A DNA stretch of 64,000 nt. It comes from Lingula anatina (lineage: Eukaryota > Animalia > Brachiopoda). Where the stretch lies: NCBI GenBank assembly GCA_051362555.1, contig CM120641.1, positions 24,744,401 to 24,808,400 on the forward strand, read 5' to 3'. The notes under the pieces were generated by a model. The model was given only the letters and a program-made list of their open reading frames with translations, ran no database searches and was not told the origin of the DNA. The translations under genes were made by a program, and so were the position numbers. Below, piece after piece: positions 1-13,400 of the stretch. Position 1 is the first letter of the stretch. Each line of letters begins with the position of its first letter.

Positions 1-276
1 ATATGAAAAATGTTCATGATGAAATGCACTGTCATATATAGGCTGACTTTTGCGTGAGGTTAAATATAAGGCCAAATATAAAAGAAGGCAGTAATTCATA
101 CAAACTGAAAAGAAGAAATTCTGGATGTTCATTACAAATAAGTACAATATGTGACAGTAATATTAAAAGGAAAAATGTACACGAAAAAAAGACAAAATAT
201 CTGAACGGTCAATGTGCCAAAGCACAATCCCCATGTAGTATTGCACATGCAATATCTTGTTATTAAGTGCACTTAC

Positions 277-3200
277 CTCTCTCTCCTGCCTCAGATCACT
301 CTGATGCCTGATGCTCAGCTCTGACTGATCCTGTTTCATCCTGGCCACAAGGCCCTCTAAATGATGGGACTTTTGCTGCTCTAGAGCAAGTTCTGATTCT
401 ACCATTGATAATCTGTAATAACAAAGTAAATGCTTAATCATGGGACTTATTTTTCTGTTTTGGAACCAGTTCTGACTTAACTACAGACAGTCATCGATAA
501 CCTACAAATAAAGCCAAAAATTTAAAGAAAAGTGACGGCATATAAACACAGAAAAATATCATTATGTAAATGGTGCTATCTGTTTTATAGGTAAACGTAT
601 ATAACCATATGCAAATGTTAATAATGGTTTCCAAAGAGTACAAATAGAAGCTATTCTTTTTAACAAGGTTTAATAGTAAAAAATGTTACTTTAAAAACCA
701 GCTTTAACCAGTTTTAAAAAAGAAAGCATTGCCTAAGACTTACTTTGCTTTAAGTGACTTAAATGCAGCCTTCCTTTCATCCAGTGCTGACTGCAGCTGT
801 CCAATCTTGTGTGAAGTGGACCGGGTGGTTTTTCTCATGAAATCTTCCTGCTCATCAATTTTATCCATCAATTCACTCATCTGTAAGAATAGAATATATA
901 GAAAATTCATAAACCATGCAAAAAAATATGACTATGCTGGTAAAAGTCCAAGAACATCATTTAACAGCAAGAAGAGTAATATACAAAGAAAAGTCATTAC
1001 TATGAAACAGAAAATAAATAACACCAAACAATTGACAGCATTTGCAAACACAAGTATTTGTCAATCTATTCTGATGTGTGTAGCATTCGTTGATTATGAA
1101 AAAGCCTTCGACTCAGTAGAAACCCAGTATATACTGGCATCCCTGCAAGATCTAGGGATCGAAGATGGATACGTAGACGTCCTCAGAGACATATACACCA
1201 ATAGCTCTGTAACAGTCAAACTACACAAGACCACCAATAAGATCAGGATCAAGAAAGGTGTACGCCAAGGAGATACAATCTCTCCTAAACTGTTCACAGC
1301 AGCATTGGAAAGTATATTCAGGGATCTAGACTGGCAGGACAAGGGCATAAACATAGACGGTACCAGGCTCAATCACCTTAGGTTTGCAGACGACATCATA
1401 ATAGTAGCAGATGATGCAAAAGACCTCGAAGAAATGCTACAGGCGTTAGCAGATGAAAGCGCAAAAAGTGGGCTAAAGATGAACACCAGCAAGACAAAGG
1501 TGATGTTTGGACCACTAACCACCCCTTGCACAGTGAAAGTCAACACCAAAGAGATAGAAGCAGTGGAAGAGTATATATACCTTGGGCAACGGTTCAGCCT
1601 TGGTGATCGAACACTGGAGAAAGAAATCCAACGAAGGATAAAAGCAGGATGGGCAGCATATGGGAAACACAATGACATCTTCAAGAGCAACCTTCCTACC
1701 TGCCTGAAAAAGAAAGTGTTCAATGCTTGTGTGCTGCCGGCAATCACCTATGGTTCAGAGACCTGGGCACTGAATGCCTCCATGGAACACAAGCTACAAG
1801 TAGCTCAGAGAAAGATGGAAAGAATTATGTTGAACATCAATCCAAGAGAGCGGAAAACGAATGTATGGTTACGTGAACAGACCAAAGTTAAGGACGTACT
1901 GCTCACAGTTAAAGAAATGAAATGGAGGTGGGCAGGACATGTCAAAAGAATGAGGGACAATAGGTGGACAATCAGGCTTACAGAATGGACCCCAAGGTAT
2001 GGACAAAGAAAAAGAGGAAGGCCGGTCAAACGATGGAGGGATGAATTAGATGACTACTGGAAGTCTTGGAAGAAGAAACCTTGGCCAAACTGGAAATCTG
2101 AGGCTCAGGATAGGAAACAATGGAAAAAGCATGCTGAGGCCTTTGTCCAACAGTGGAACACTATAGGCTCTAAATGATGATGATGATGATTCTGATGTCA
2201 CCAAGAAATATTTTTTCGTGATAACCTGCATCTTTTTCTCTTCTTTGAGTGTCCTCAACTCACAGGATAACATGTGTGTTCGCTGATAGTAGTCATTACA
2301 CATCAGTTGACGGTCTTCATTATGACCTAAAGCTGTGTCTGGAAAAATATAAAGGTTTTTACCTCAACATCAACATGTTTCATTACATCTTACTTTTTTA
2401 CTTTCAGTTATGGTCTGAGAAGAAAATAGTCAAGTTTGTCATATTATATATATATATATAAGTATTTCCAATAATAGTCTTGAATATTTTTCCTAAAATT
2501 TTAAAAAGCCCACTATTTCCAATTAAAATCTTGACAATGGTAATTAATACACAAAATTTCAACTGGCATCAAATAAAAAATCCTATCATGTCTTAGGAAA
2601 GAGTAGAATATAAACTATCAGTTATTTGAGAAAATTTTCAAACAAAACAAAGCCCTGTTCATCTGTCAACAATGATTTTACCAATAGATTGTAAAACATC
2701 TGTAGGAATGTTGTTCCCAGACAAGCTGAGTTTGTAAATAGTTTTGTTCCTCCTCAGTGCTTCCAGGAGAGCTTGCCCTCCGATAAAACCAACATTGTTT
2801 GACCTCATATCTAAAAAAATATTTAATAAATTTCACCTAACATGAAAGTAACTCTGTTTTCAACCCTCGTAGATAATCTGTAAAAAATCTGAATGTGGTT
2901 TTATTAAAAGAGTCAATATATATCTTGCAAGTTGCTCTACAAAAAAGAAAAAAAATACACAGTTCAATTTTTACCTAATATGCCATGTCATAGACATTTG
3001 ATATCTTTCAATTTCCATCAAGAATTTTCAAATGACATTAAGCATAGCTGAGAGAGTACTGAATATATTATTCATCTGATCAAAATAATAATAATAATAA
3101 TGATAATGCACATTTCAGAACAAGACATAACTCATGTCTGCTCACCTATTGCCTGTAGTGTGGTATTCCTCTTCAAGGCAGAAGCCAGCTCCTGCGCCCC

Positions 3201-4758
3201 GTTGTGGCTAATCTGGTTGCTCCTAAGGTCAAGCTCCTTGAGGGTGGTGTTGGCAGCCAGGGCCTCACAGAATGTACCAAAGGAATTCTCTATCATGCCC
3301 ATATCATTCTGTTCCAGACAGAGACTAGGGGTACAATTACAAAAATATAACCATCTCATTCTGATTAACTAAAATTAATTCATCTAAATGATACTTTATT
3401 CACTCAGATCTTTAAGTGACAAAACATTCATAAAATCATATGCAGCTCTCTTTATGTAAATTGTTAAATGGTGCTTATTTTCAAAGGAATAAGCTAGAAA
3501 ATTGTTGAGCAACTATTACATGATATACAAATATATGAACAATTGTCAAAATAAACAGAGCACTTGTGGTTAATGTACATGTAGAAGGAATGATGTGGTC
3601 ATTACCTAGTTAAACTCTTATTATGGCGTAACATTCTGGCAAGAGCCTCAGTCCCAGTTCCTCTTATATTATTTCCCTACAAAAAATTTTATGTCAAAAA
3701 GTGATAAGCATTTACATAAAAATATATCTATAAAATAATTTAGTAAATAAAAACTTAAAATTTTTTTTTTCTTTTTTGTAAATCAGTAAAATATTTTGAA
3801 AAGATGATAAAATCTAAAGAAAAAAAAAATCATATATTTTGTGAGGAAACGTAACACAAAGAAAACTTAACATACTGTTGTGTATGTAAGTACTAAATCT
3901 TATTGATTTAAAATGAACAAAAATGTAATACATTTACTTACTTTTAAATCCAGTCTTTTACAAACCACATTTTCAGCCATCCCATAAGCAAGACTTTTTA
4001 CAGCTGCAAGTAAAATGACAAATGTGTACTGATGATAAAATAATCTGTCACAAATTATGTTATTTTGTAAAACACTTTGATCAAAACTACTTAAAAGTAT
4101 ACTGACAGATTAAGAAGGTGCTTTGTATCCTTTAGAACCTTACCATCTTCATTAAGCATACAGTTTGCCAGATTTATTTCAGTGAAAGTATGATCTGTTG
4201 CCAGCACTTTGCCAAGTATAGTACAGGTCTTTGGTGACAGACTCTCTTTGGATAGTTGAAGACTTTGTTTGCATTTTCTGGGACTTGTGGGAATACTGAA
4301 AGAAATATTTTAAATGTACACATCTGTGTGTATGTTAAGGGGGGGGAGGGTATTTGCATCTTAACAGACTACATTTAAAGTTATATATAAGTGATGTTCA
4401 AAGCCTTAATCATATATATGGCCCAGAAGGTGGAAATATTTATTAATGGTTTACTACAGTTTATGTGACTAAAAGGGAATGAAATACTGATAAAATTTAG
4501 CTGTGTGGTGCACCTGCAACCTTGTTCAGTAACCTATTAATATATACAAAACGTTTTCCAATTCTTTAATCGCATCAATATAATTAATGCAACATCATTT
4601 TGTGAAAATATTGAAATACCTGCAAAAATTAATATTTACAATATTGGGACACAAAAAACATCAAATTCTTACATTTTAAGTTGCTTCATCAAGGCATCAT
4701 GCGGTTCCACATTGTACTCCCTACACAAGCATAAGTAAGCTGACTTGAATTCATCCAT
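277..4758 (-). CDS. LRRC45: LRRC45 tandem paralog, copy B (coding exons 1-9; gene continues beyond the left window edge)
   Basis: Exons 4673-4758, 4144-4295, 3942-4003, 3606-3676, 3146-3324, 2682-2810, 2226-2338, 744-880, 277-412 have the same lengths as in copy A, with no stops or frameshifts and GT-AG retained. About 30 amino-acid differences over ~355 codons. Confidence 0.88.
1078..2188 (+). mobile_element. 5'-truncated RTE-clade LINE in intron 7 of LRRC45 copy B
   Basis: Open RT C-terminal half ([47 protein letters not shown]) ending in a (TGA)n tail. 10-bp TSD attctgatgt at 1068-1077 and 2189-2198. Empty site attctgaagt at 13318-13327 in copy A. Confidence 0.95.
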
Positions 4759-5264
4759 CGCAACACCATCTCTAGTAACTGTGAATCAGATATAAAACAT
4801 GTTATCACCAAAGATACAGGGGAAAAATACTTGAAGTACACAGTATACATGCATTTGAAAAAAAAATACATTTATTTTTCATCTCAAAAAAGTATATTTA
4901 CCACAACTTTGGTATAAAAGAAAAATGCATTTTAACACATTCACTAATATTCTTTGTGTTCATTTTGCCAAAGCAATCTATAATAATAAATAAATCAGAA
5001 TATCTGTGTGAAGTGGATTTAAGATTGTGTGATATTCTTCTGTTCAGTATGTACTGGTAACATATGGCATACTGGGTATTTACGGTGTACAATATAATCA
5101 ATTTCCAAAATGCAAAATTATCTTAAACCATCTCTCATAATCTGAATTTATGATAAACATAAAATGTCCACACTCTCTTTACAAAAGTGATCAAGAGCTT
5201 CTCTCTGAAGAAAGGAATATGAGGATGGTTATATACAGTACATGTACAATGTAGCTCTAAATAT

Positions 5265-5438
5265 GGGGGCGTCTCGATAGTCCCAAAGTTCATTGGTCCC
5301 AAGGTTCATATGCCCGAAAAATCGTAACATTTTTATCAGTTTTTTAATCAAGGGTTTGTTGGTTCGAAGGTTCTATAGTGAACATTCAGACCAATGAACC
5401 TTTGGACTATTGAACCTTGGACTATTGCTACGGCCCCC
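5265..5438. mobile_element. Foldback MITE in the 5' intron of LRRC45 copy B
   Basis: Termini gggggcgt / acggccccc, internal inverted subrepeats (gtcccaaggttca / tgaaccttggac), 7-8-bp TSD (c)taaatat on both sides. Absent from the matching site in copy A (~16215-16225). Confidence 0.8.
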
Positions 5439-5685
5439 TAAATATACTGTCACATTTCAATATAATAAGCAAATTTGGACAGCGTGGTCAAAAAAGTAAC
5501 GAACGTTTTCTCGTGTTAATTCAAATGGAAGTTATTAAACCAATACCATACCTTTTGTTTATTAAATAAGTTTATATCTTCTACACCAGAAAAATTTCAA
5601 AGCACCGCCATGTATAAACAAACCTCATTTCGATACTCCATATACGAAAGAGCAGCTTCACTCGAAAAGGAGCGAAGATTTTAAA

Positions 5686-5710
5686 CATAGAAGTAGAGAA
5701 AACTTCTATG
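5686..5710. mobile_element. 25-bp TIR remnant with 8-bp TSD (probable P-like transposon excision footprint)
   Basis: catagaagt-agagaaa-acttctatg flanked by attttaaa at 5678-5685 and 5711-5718. Absent from copy A (~16481). Confidence 0.7.
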
Positions 5711-6293
5711 ATTTTAAAAAATGGTATTTCGTGTAGTAAATCGGTGCTGTGTTAAAAACATGCTATTATTGGCAATTTCGAAGAGTTAGAGTTGGCAATT
5801 TCTTATATATCCACGTTGAAGTTTTTTTAGTTTTGCACAGAATTTTATTATTACTGCGTGTAATATAATACGGTGAAGCGAGCAGAACACGCATACAGAA
5901 ATACATGACATCAAACTGGCACAAAAACAAACATATACATATGCATGTATGTTGTAAACAAATGTGGCACATGGAAAAATTGAAAATATTTTCTTGTTGC
6001 ATAGCTCTGTAAAAATTATCAATTAACTTTTGGTCTTATGTTTACTGATACCTACAGCACAACCCTTGCAAGTGAGTTTGAAAACTGAGGCAATGTTAAA
6101 AAATGTTGTCCCACGTACTGCATAGGTCAGAGGGATTTAGTCATTTTCCTTTGACTGTGACTGTGGCTTTATTTGGTTTTAGAGGTGTTTTTTGGTGAAA
6201 TGTGAATGTGTATGTCAAAGAATACGCTGCCACCCTCTTGCAATATATGCCTTGAGCACCTCTCGCTGATGCTTGAGATGTTCAGGCACATAT

Positions 6294-6549
6294 CGGTTGG
6301 CGGATCCAGACTTTTTTTAAGGGGGGGGGGGGGGGGGGGGGTTAAGGGTTTAATTGACAGGCCTCAGATTGTAAGGCCTCACCCCTTTGGTGTCAGGTTT
6401 TGAAGATTGGTGTTTCGGAGGGCAAATGTCACCATTTTGGTACAGATGAGAACTATGTTTAGGCTATCTGTTTTTTTGGTGCGTTTTTTATCAGAAATCG
6501 AAGCGAGGGTCAGGACCCCCCTGACACCCCCCCCCTAAATCTGCCACTG
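6294..6549. mobile_element. Degenerate hAT-like MITE
   Basis: Imperfect TIRs cggttggcggatccag / ctaaatctgccactg with G and C runs next to them. Absent from the paralogous region near 17210. No clean TSD. Confidence 0.6.
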
Positions 6550-7421
6550 TAGCATCCCACACTTACAAGTAACCTCTACATACAGTATGGAGTTTATGTC
6601 TGTATATCACTGGTATATGTCACAGACTGATGTAAATTTTAGGGATTGTGCTGTCAGTTGGTTAATTTAGTTAGTGATCATTATTTAATCCTTACATGCA
6701 TCAGTCCAGCTACTTAAGTTACCCATATATACATGTAGCACAGTTTGAAACATACAGAGCTTGCACATTATCAAATGCCTTTCATATCACTCACTTAAGG
6801 AAACTTTTGCATTTTGAAAATTGGATTATTGTCCACCCTGTACATGTACATTTGATTTGGAATGTCTATTTGATGTTTTTAATTACAGTTATTTCAAGAT
6901 AATTTATAGTGACTGAAATTCATACTAATTCTAGGATTTATTACAGATTTATTAAAGAGCTTATGGAAAATAAATAAATATTGACAGATCTTTTTACAAC
7001 AATCTGTACTGCAATATGTACCATTGCACAATAACTGTCCAACATTATTGCTGAAAAAGTGACAAAGATTGATGGAATCTATTCTGCTACTTTAGTATGT
7101 ACATTTGAGCAATATTATGCTTCAACAGTTCATTTTAACTGAAGTTTGAAGACTACATTAACATGCCACATGGACTGTACACTGTATGACTAATGTGTTC
7201 ACACAGTTGAGTGAATGGTATGGTGATTGCATTAACTTTTACAGAGGCAGGCATGAGAGTTTCTCCAACGTTTGTCTTTACAAGTATAGAACTATTTTAA
7301 TTACTGTTAATTTCAGATTAATTCCATCTCTAAAAGATTTTTCTTTTTGTTCTGTTATCGGTGGAATGTTATCAACTTATACAGTCCGGGTTCTAGCACA
7401 CAACTGGGACATCCGTGTACA

Positions 7422-10400
7422 TCATTTATGTGGTGACCTTGCCACATAAGTCATAATGGCAGACTGGAGCATTGACGATCTCTGAGCATCCTCTTCCCTC
7501 ATTCGAATAAGTTCCTTGTCTTTTTCTCTGACTTTTTCTTGCAAACTCTCAATTTCTCTTTCCTTATCATGGATGAGTTCCCTGTGCTTTCCTGTTTGCT
7601 CTGAAGATAAAATGTAATGCCAATTTCATGTCATTGCTGTTAGATAGAAAGCCATTTTATGTAAAAAAAAAAACTTGCTGTCAATTATCCAAAGCATTTT
7701 TAATGGTAATACAGTACATATTTAACAAAATAATACAGTTAAGGGAGAGAAGTGTCACAAAGATTAACATACCTGAGATTTGCCTCTTCAGTCTTTCTAT
7801 TTCTTCTTTCAATTCATTCTGAGCTTGCCTTTCAGTTTCTAATTGAGCCATTTTCTGTTTTACTTCCAGTTTTACTTTCCCAACTTCAGCCATCATCTCA
7901 TTGTTCTTCCCAGACAATTCCTAAATTAGAAAACAATAACTAGTAGAATAAAAAACTTTTTTAATAACAAAAATTCATAACAAATAGAAAATCAGCAATT
8001 AAGTAACACATAAGCACACATTAATTTTCTTTGCTTTTGATTCATAATAATTGAGTTGCCAAAAAAGCCTATTCACCATAAGTGTCAAAATAAAGTGGAA
8101 ACTGATATCTAAAATCACAGTGACTCCTGCCATTTTCAGTAACTGTTATAAGCAACCACAAGAGATATGCTGCTAACAGATGTCACTTTCCAATAAACTC
8201 CGTAACCGAGGGTGTTCTTACTGTGTTCTGTGCATCGATCCTTCTCTTGTGTGTCTCAAGTTCCAGCACCATGCTGCTGTTCTTCCCTTGGAGCTCTGAT
8301 ATCAGGGCCTGCTGGTGGTTACTATGGGACTGCAGCTCATCCTTGGACTGTTGCAGGATACGCATTCTGTCTTCTAGCTGCTTCTGACGTTGCTCCTAAA
8401 TGGGGTGAAATAACTTTTAACAACTGTACAGACACATTTCTATGAGATTGAAGATATAGTTACTAAAAGACAAATATGTATTTAATAGAAGTTACATATA
8501 TCAAACTTGTATCGAAATGCATTTTAATTTATACTTAATTATACATATTTTTATGTACAGACACAGATGTGTCTGTACATATTACCATCACCTGCGTCTG
8601 TCGTCGCCGATGGCGATGGCGATGGCGATGGCGATGCCGATGCCGATGCCGGCGCCGTGCACTTTCCTTGTAAACACGATAAGTGGAGGGCAGTTTTACT
8701 TTTTGGCTTTATATTTACAGAGCTGATGAATATTCATAAAACGCAGGTCAAGTTCGAAAATCAGCATGATCGGGCCATTATTGTAGAAGTTATGCTGTTT
8801 TTTCACTTTTCAGCATATTTTTCACATTTCCTCAGATTCAATTCTTAGGCATGTTAACAGTCTCATTATTTAACTAATAAGATACGTAAAAGTGTTTGTT
8901 TGACATTTCCTGCATCTTTACAACATTGTTAGTTGATTTTGTAAAAATGATGGTAAACTTGTTATCGTGTATTGTGTAATAAAGTTTCAAAAATGGAAAT
9001 AAACTCATATCATTGCAGTTTGTCAGATGCAATCATTCACTATGTTCAGAATCTCAGAATGGAAGAAATTGGACATTTAACACTGCTCTGTTGATATTTT
9101 TCCCATCTCATCAATTTTCTTAGTTGATAATATAAAAATGGCAGTAAACTGTTAATTTTGTTTTATGTTGAAAATTGTTAAAAATGAAAAAAAAAAAAAA
9201 TTTCAGAACAGTGCTGTCTTGTTTACATTTTGGCATTTTCAAGTTGTGACTTTGAAGTTCCATGGGCCTGAAGACCTTTGCTAGTCACATTTTCTGAATA
9301 TCCATGATACTAATATTTTATTCTTAAAAATTGATGGTCATCATGCTGTTAAACATTATGTAATATTGCATCAAAATTTGAAAAAAAACTATTTTGGGCA
9401 CTGCTCCCATGATGACCATTTAAGAAAAACCATGTCACTTACTGTTCTCAAACAGTACAGTAAATATATATAGATGTGTCTGTACATATTGCCATCACCT
9501 GCGTCTGTCGTCGCCGATGCCGTCGTTGCCGTGCACTTTCCTTGTAAACACGATAAGTGGAGGGCAGTTTTACTTTTTGGCTTTATATTTACAGAGCTGA
9601 TGAATATTCATAAAACGCAGGTCAAGTTCAAAAATCAGCATAATCGGGCCATTATTTTAGAAGTTATGCTGTTTTTTACATTTCCTTAGATTCAATTCTT
9701 AGGCATGTTAACAGTTTCATTATTTAATTAATAAGATACGTAAAAGTTTTTTTTGACATTTCGTGCATCTTTACAACATTGTTAGTTGATTTTGTAAAAA
9801 TGATGTTAAACTTGTTATTGTGTATTGTGTAATAAAGTTTCAAAAATGGAAATAAACTCATATCATTGCAGTTTGTCAGATTGAATCATTCACTATGTTC
9901 AGAATCTCAGAATGGAAGAAATTGGACATTTAACACTATTCTATTGATATTTTTCCAATCTCATCAATTTTCTTAGTTGATCATATAAAAATGGCAGTAA
10001 ACTGTTAATTTCGTTTTATGTTAAAAATTGTTAAAAATGGAAATAAACCCATTTCAGAACAGTGCTGTCTTGTTTACATTTTGGCATTTTCAAGTTGTGG
10101 CTTTGAAGTTCCATGGGCCTGAAGACCTTTGCTAGTCACATTTTCTGAATATCCATGATACTAATATTTTATTCTTAAAAATTGATGGTCATTATGCTGT
10201 TAAACATTATGTAATATTGCATTAAAATTTGAAAAAAACCTATTTTGGGCACTGCTCCCATGATGACCATTTAAGAAAAACCATGTCACTTACTGTTCTC
10301 AAACAGTACAGTAAATATGTACAGATGTGTCTGTACATATATTGCCATCACCTGCGTCTGTCGTCGCCGTCATCGCCGTTGCCGGCACCTTGCACCTCAT

Positions 10401-13400
10401 TGTAAACACAATAAGTGGAAGGCAGTTTTACTTTTGGGCTTTATATTTAAAGAGCTGATGAATATTCATAAAACGCAGGTCAAGTTCGAAAATCAGGATG
10501 ATCGGGCCATTATTGTAGAAGTTATGCTTTTTTCTTTCACTTTTCAACATATATGCAACACTGTAAACACATTTCAAGGAAAACCGATAGGCCTGTTGTC
10601 GTGAAACTCTCAGGAATAATCGATCTTACTAAAACGGAGGTCAAGTTCAAAAATCGGCATGCAGCCTGAGTTGGAAAAGCAGTCTAATTGGCTTCTTTTC
10701 TGGAAGTTATACATTTTCAAAGTGTGAACTTGAACTCTCATGGGCCTGAAGCCTTATGCTTGTTACACATTTTACTTTCATTGGTATTACCTGTTGAGCA
10801 TAATTAAAATTTGATGTTGAATTTACAGTTTAACATAATGTACTTTTGCATCAGAATTGACAGTAGCCTATTTTGTGCATAGTTATTTCCTGCTTTTTGT
10901 CTGTACATTTGACAGCTTTGCTGCCTTGTTTACTTAATTCAAGTCAAAACAAAGTCAAAACATTATTTTACATTTTCTTTTGCAAATTAATTTGATTACT
11001 ATTTGGCTGAGATTCAATATAACTGAGTCAGCCTAGAGCTTCCACCCACCTCATCAGATCTGATCTTGTGCTTAACTGTGGCCAATTCCTCCTCAGCTTT
11101 GATCCTGTCAGCTGCTGCCTGAGATTTCAGCTTGCTCACTTCTTCTTCCAACTCCAAACGTTGCCTCTCTAGTTTGTTGATTCTTTCTCTCAGCTGCTTC
11201 TCAGTGTCATCAAAGTCTTGCTGTAGCTTGGCAATCTGATATAGAAGTTACAAGTTTTAAAATTAACAATATTCTTTTTTATAACAAATGAAACTGATGT
11301 GAAGTCTTGTTCATGTCAGTATCAGTATTAAATGAAAGTAATTCCGTACACTACAGCTAGACTCTTTTTAGTTTTTTTAAGGTGACCCGTCCACATAAAG
11401 AAGCCAAGTAAATGTAAAATCAATTAACAATCTCTGAAAATGGAATAAATATCATGACACTGTAATAAACATATTTAAAATGAAAGACCTGTCTCACCTC
11501 TCGTGTCTTGAGAGACTCCACCTCTTGTAAAATTTCTTTGTTTTTTTGCTTTTCATTATTAAATTTCTCTGCAAAGAAGAAGTAAACCATCAGACATGAG
11601 TGACAACACAAAGACAAAAGGAACTTCATTGGTAAAATAATGCTCAAAATTTACCGTACTAATTGCTTATTATGTAAAAACACTAATTATAAGAGCAAAC
11701 CTTCATATTGTGCTCCTTTAAGTTTTATGTCAGCTTGTGCATGTGTCAGCTGCTCTTTAAGATCATATATCTGATCTTGTTGCTGCTTGCACTTTCTGCT
11801 AAGTTCATCTTCCTGACAAAATAATAATGACAACAATCACGAGAAGGGATTTTCAATATGTTGATATTTGTACCAAGCAAGTAGAAAGAGAGCATGTTTA
11901 TATATAAATATTGTTTATTCATGTTAAATAGTGTTTGACCCTTGCTGGGAAGCTAAGGAATAAATAAAACATAATTAATTTAAATGACTTCTTCCATTCT
12001 CTAATTTTTTTTTTTTTTGGTCTGAAATTAAAAACTTTATCAAAACAGAACCATTAAACTATTTCAAATGTGCCATTATATTTAAACTACTTGCGATTTC
12101 AATTTACCTTAGCTTCTAGTTGCACATTTCTGTCATTAGCTTCAGATAATTCCCTTAAAAGTCTGCTTTCCACAGAGGCTCTGTCCTGAAAGCAACAGAA
12201 AGTTAATTAACAAAATATAACAAATGATACATAAAGCAATTATGAAAAATGTTCATGATGAAATGCACTGTCGTATATAGGCTGCCTTTTGCGGGAGGTT
12301 AAACATAAGGCTAAATATAAGAGTAGGCAGTAATTCATACAAACTGAAAAAAAGAAATTCTGGATGTTTATTACAAAAAAGTACAGTATGTGACAGTGAC
12401 ATTAAAAATAAACATTTACAAGAAAAATAAGATGAAAAAATCTGAACAGTCAATGTGCCAAAGCACAATCCCCATGCAGTATTGCACATGCAATATCTTG
12501 TTACTAAGTGTACTTACCTCTCTCTCCTGCCTCAGATCACTCTGATGCCTGCTGCTCAGCTCTGACTGATCCTGTTTCATCCTGGCCACAAGACCCTCTA
12601 AATCATGGGACTTCTGCTGCTCTAGAGCAAGCTCTGATTCTACCATTGATAATCTGTAATAACAAAGACAAAAGTAAATGCATAATCACTGGACTTATTT
12701 CTCTGGTTTGGAACCAGCTCTGACTTAACTATAGACAGTCATCAATAACATAAAAATAAAGCCAAAACTTTAAAGAGAAGTGATGGCATCTAAATACAGA
12801 AAAATATCATTATGTAAATGGTGCTATCTGTTTTATAGGTAAATGTACATAAACATATGCAAATGTTAATAATGGCTGCAAAAGAGTACAAACAGAAGCT
12901 ATTCTTTTTAACAAGGTTTAATAGTAAAAAAATATCACTTTAAAAACCAGTTATAACCAGTTAAAAAAAAAAGACATTGCCAAAGACTTACTTGGCTTTA
13001 AGTGACTCAAATGCAGCCTTCCTTTCCTCCAGTGCTGACTGCAGCTGTCCAATCTTGTGTGAAGAGGACCGGGTGGTCTTCCTCATGAAATCTTCCTGCT
13101 CATCAATTTTACCCATTAATTCACTCATCTGTAAGAATATAATATATAGAAAATTCATAAACCATGCAAAAAAATATGACTATGCTGGTGAAAGTCCAAG
13201 AACAACATCTAACAGCAAGAAAAGTAATATACAAAGAAAAAAATTATTATTTTGAAACAGAAAATAAATAATACCAAACAATTGACAGCATTTGTAAATA
13301 CAAGTATTTGTCATTCTATTCTGAAGTCACCAAGAAATATTATTTCATGATTACCTGCATCATTTTCTCTTCTTTGAGTGTCCTCAGCTCACTGGATAAC

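Noticed and set aside
729-2177. 482-aa ORF as a novel RT fusion protein
   Set aside because: The first ~115 codons are the antisense of LRRC45 exon 8 and intron, also present without RT at 12977-13255. The RT begins at the TSD, so this is chance read-through into a truncated LINE.
8548-10931. CRISPR-like array (palindromic repeat recurring at intervals)
   Set aside because: Eukaryotic intron, the intervening sequences are themselves repeats, and there are no cas genes. It fits a HINE-like element.
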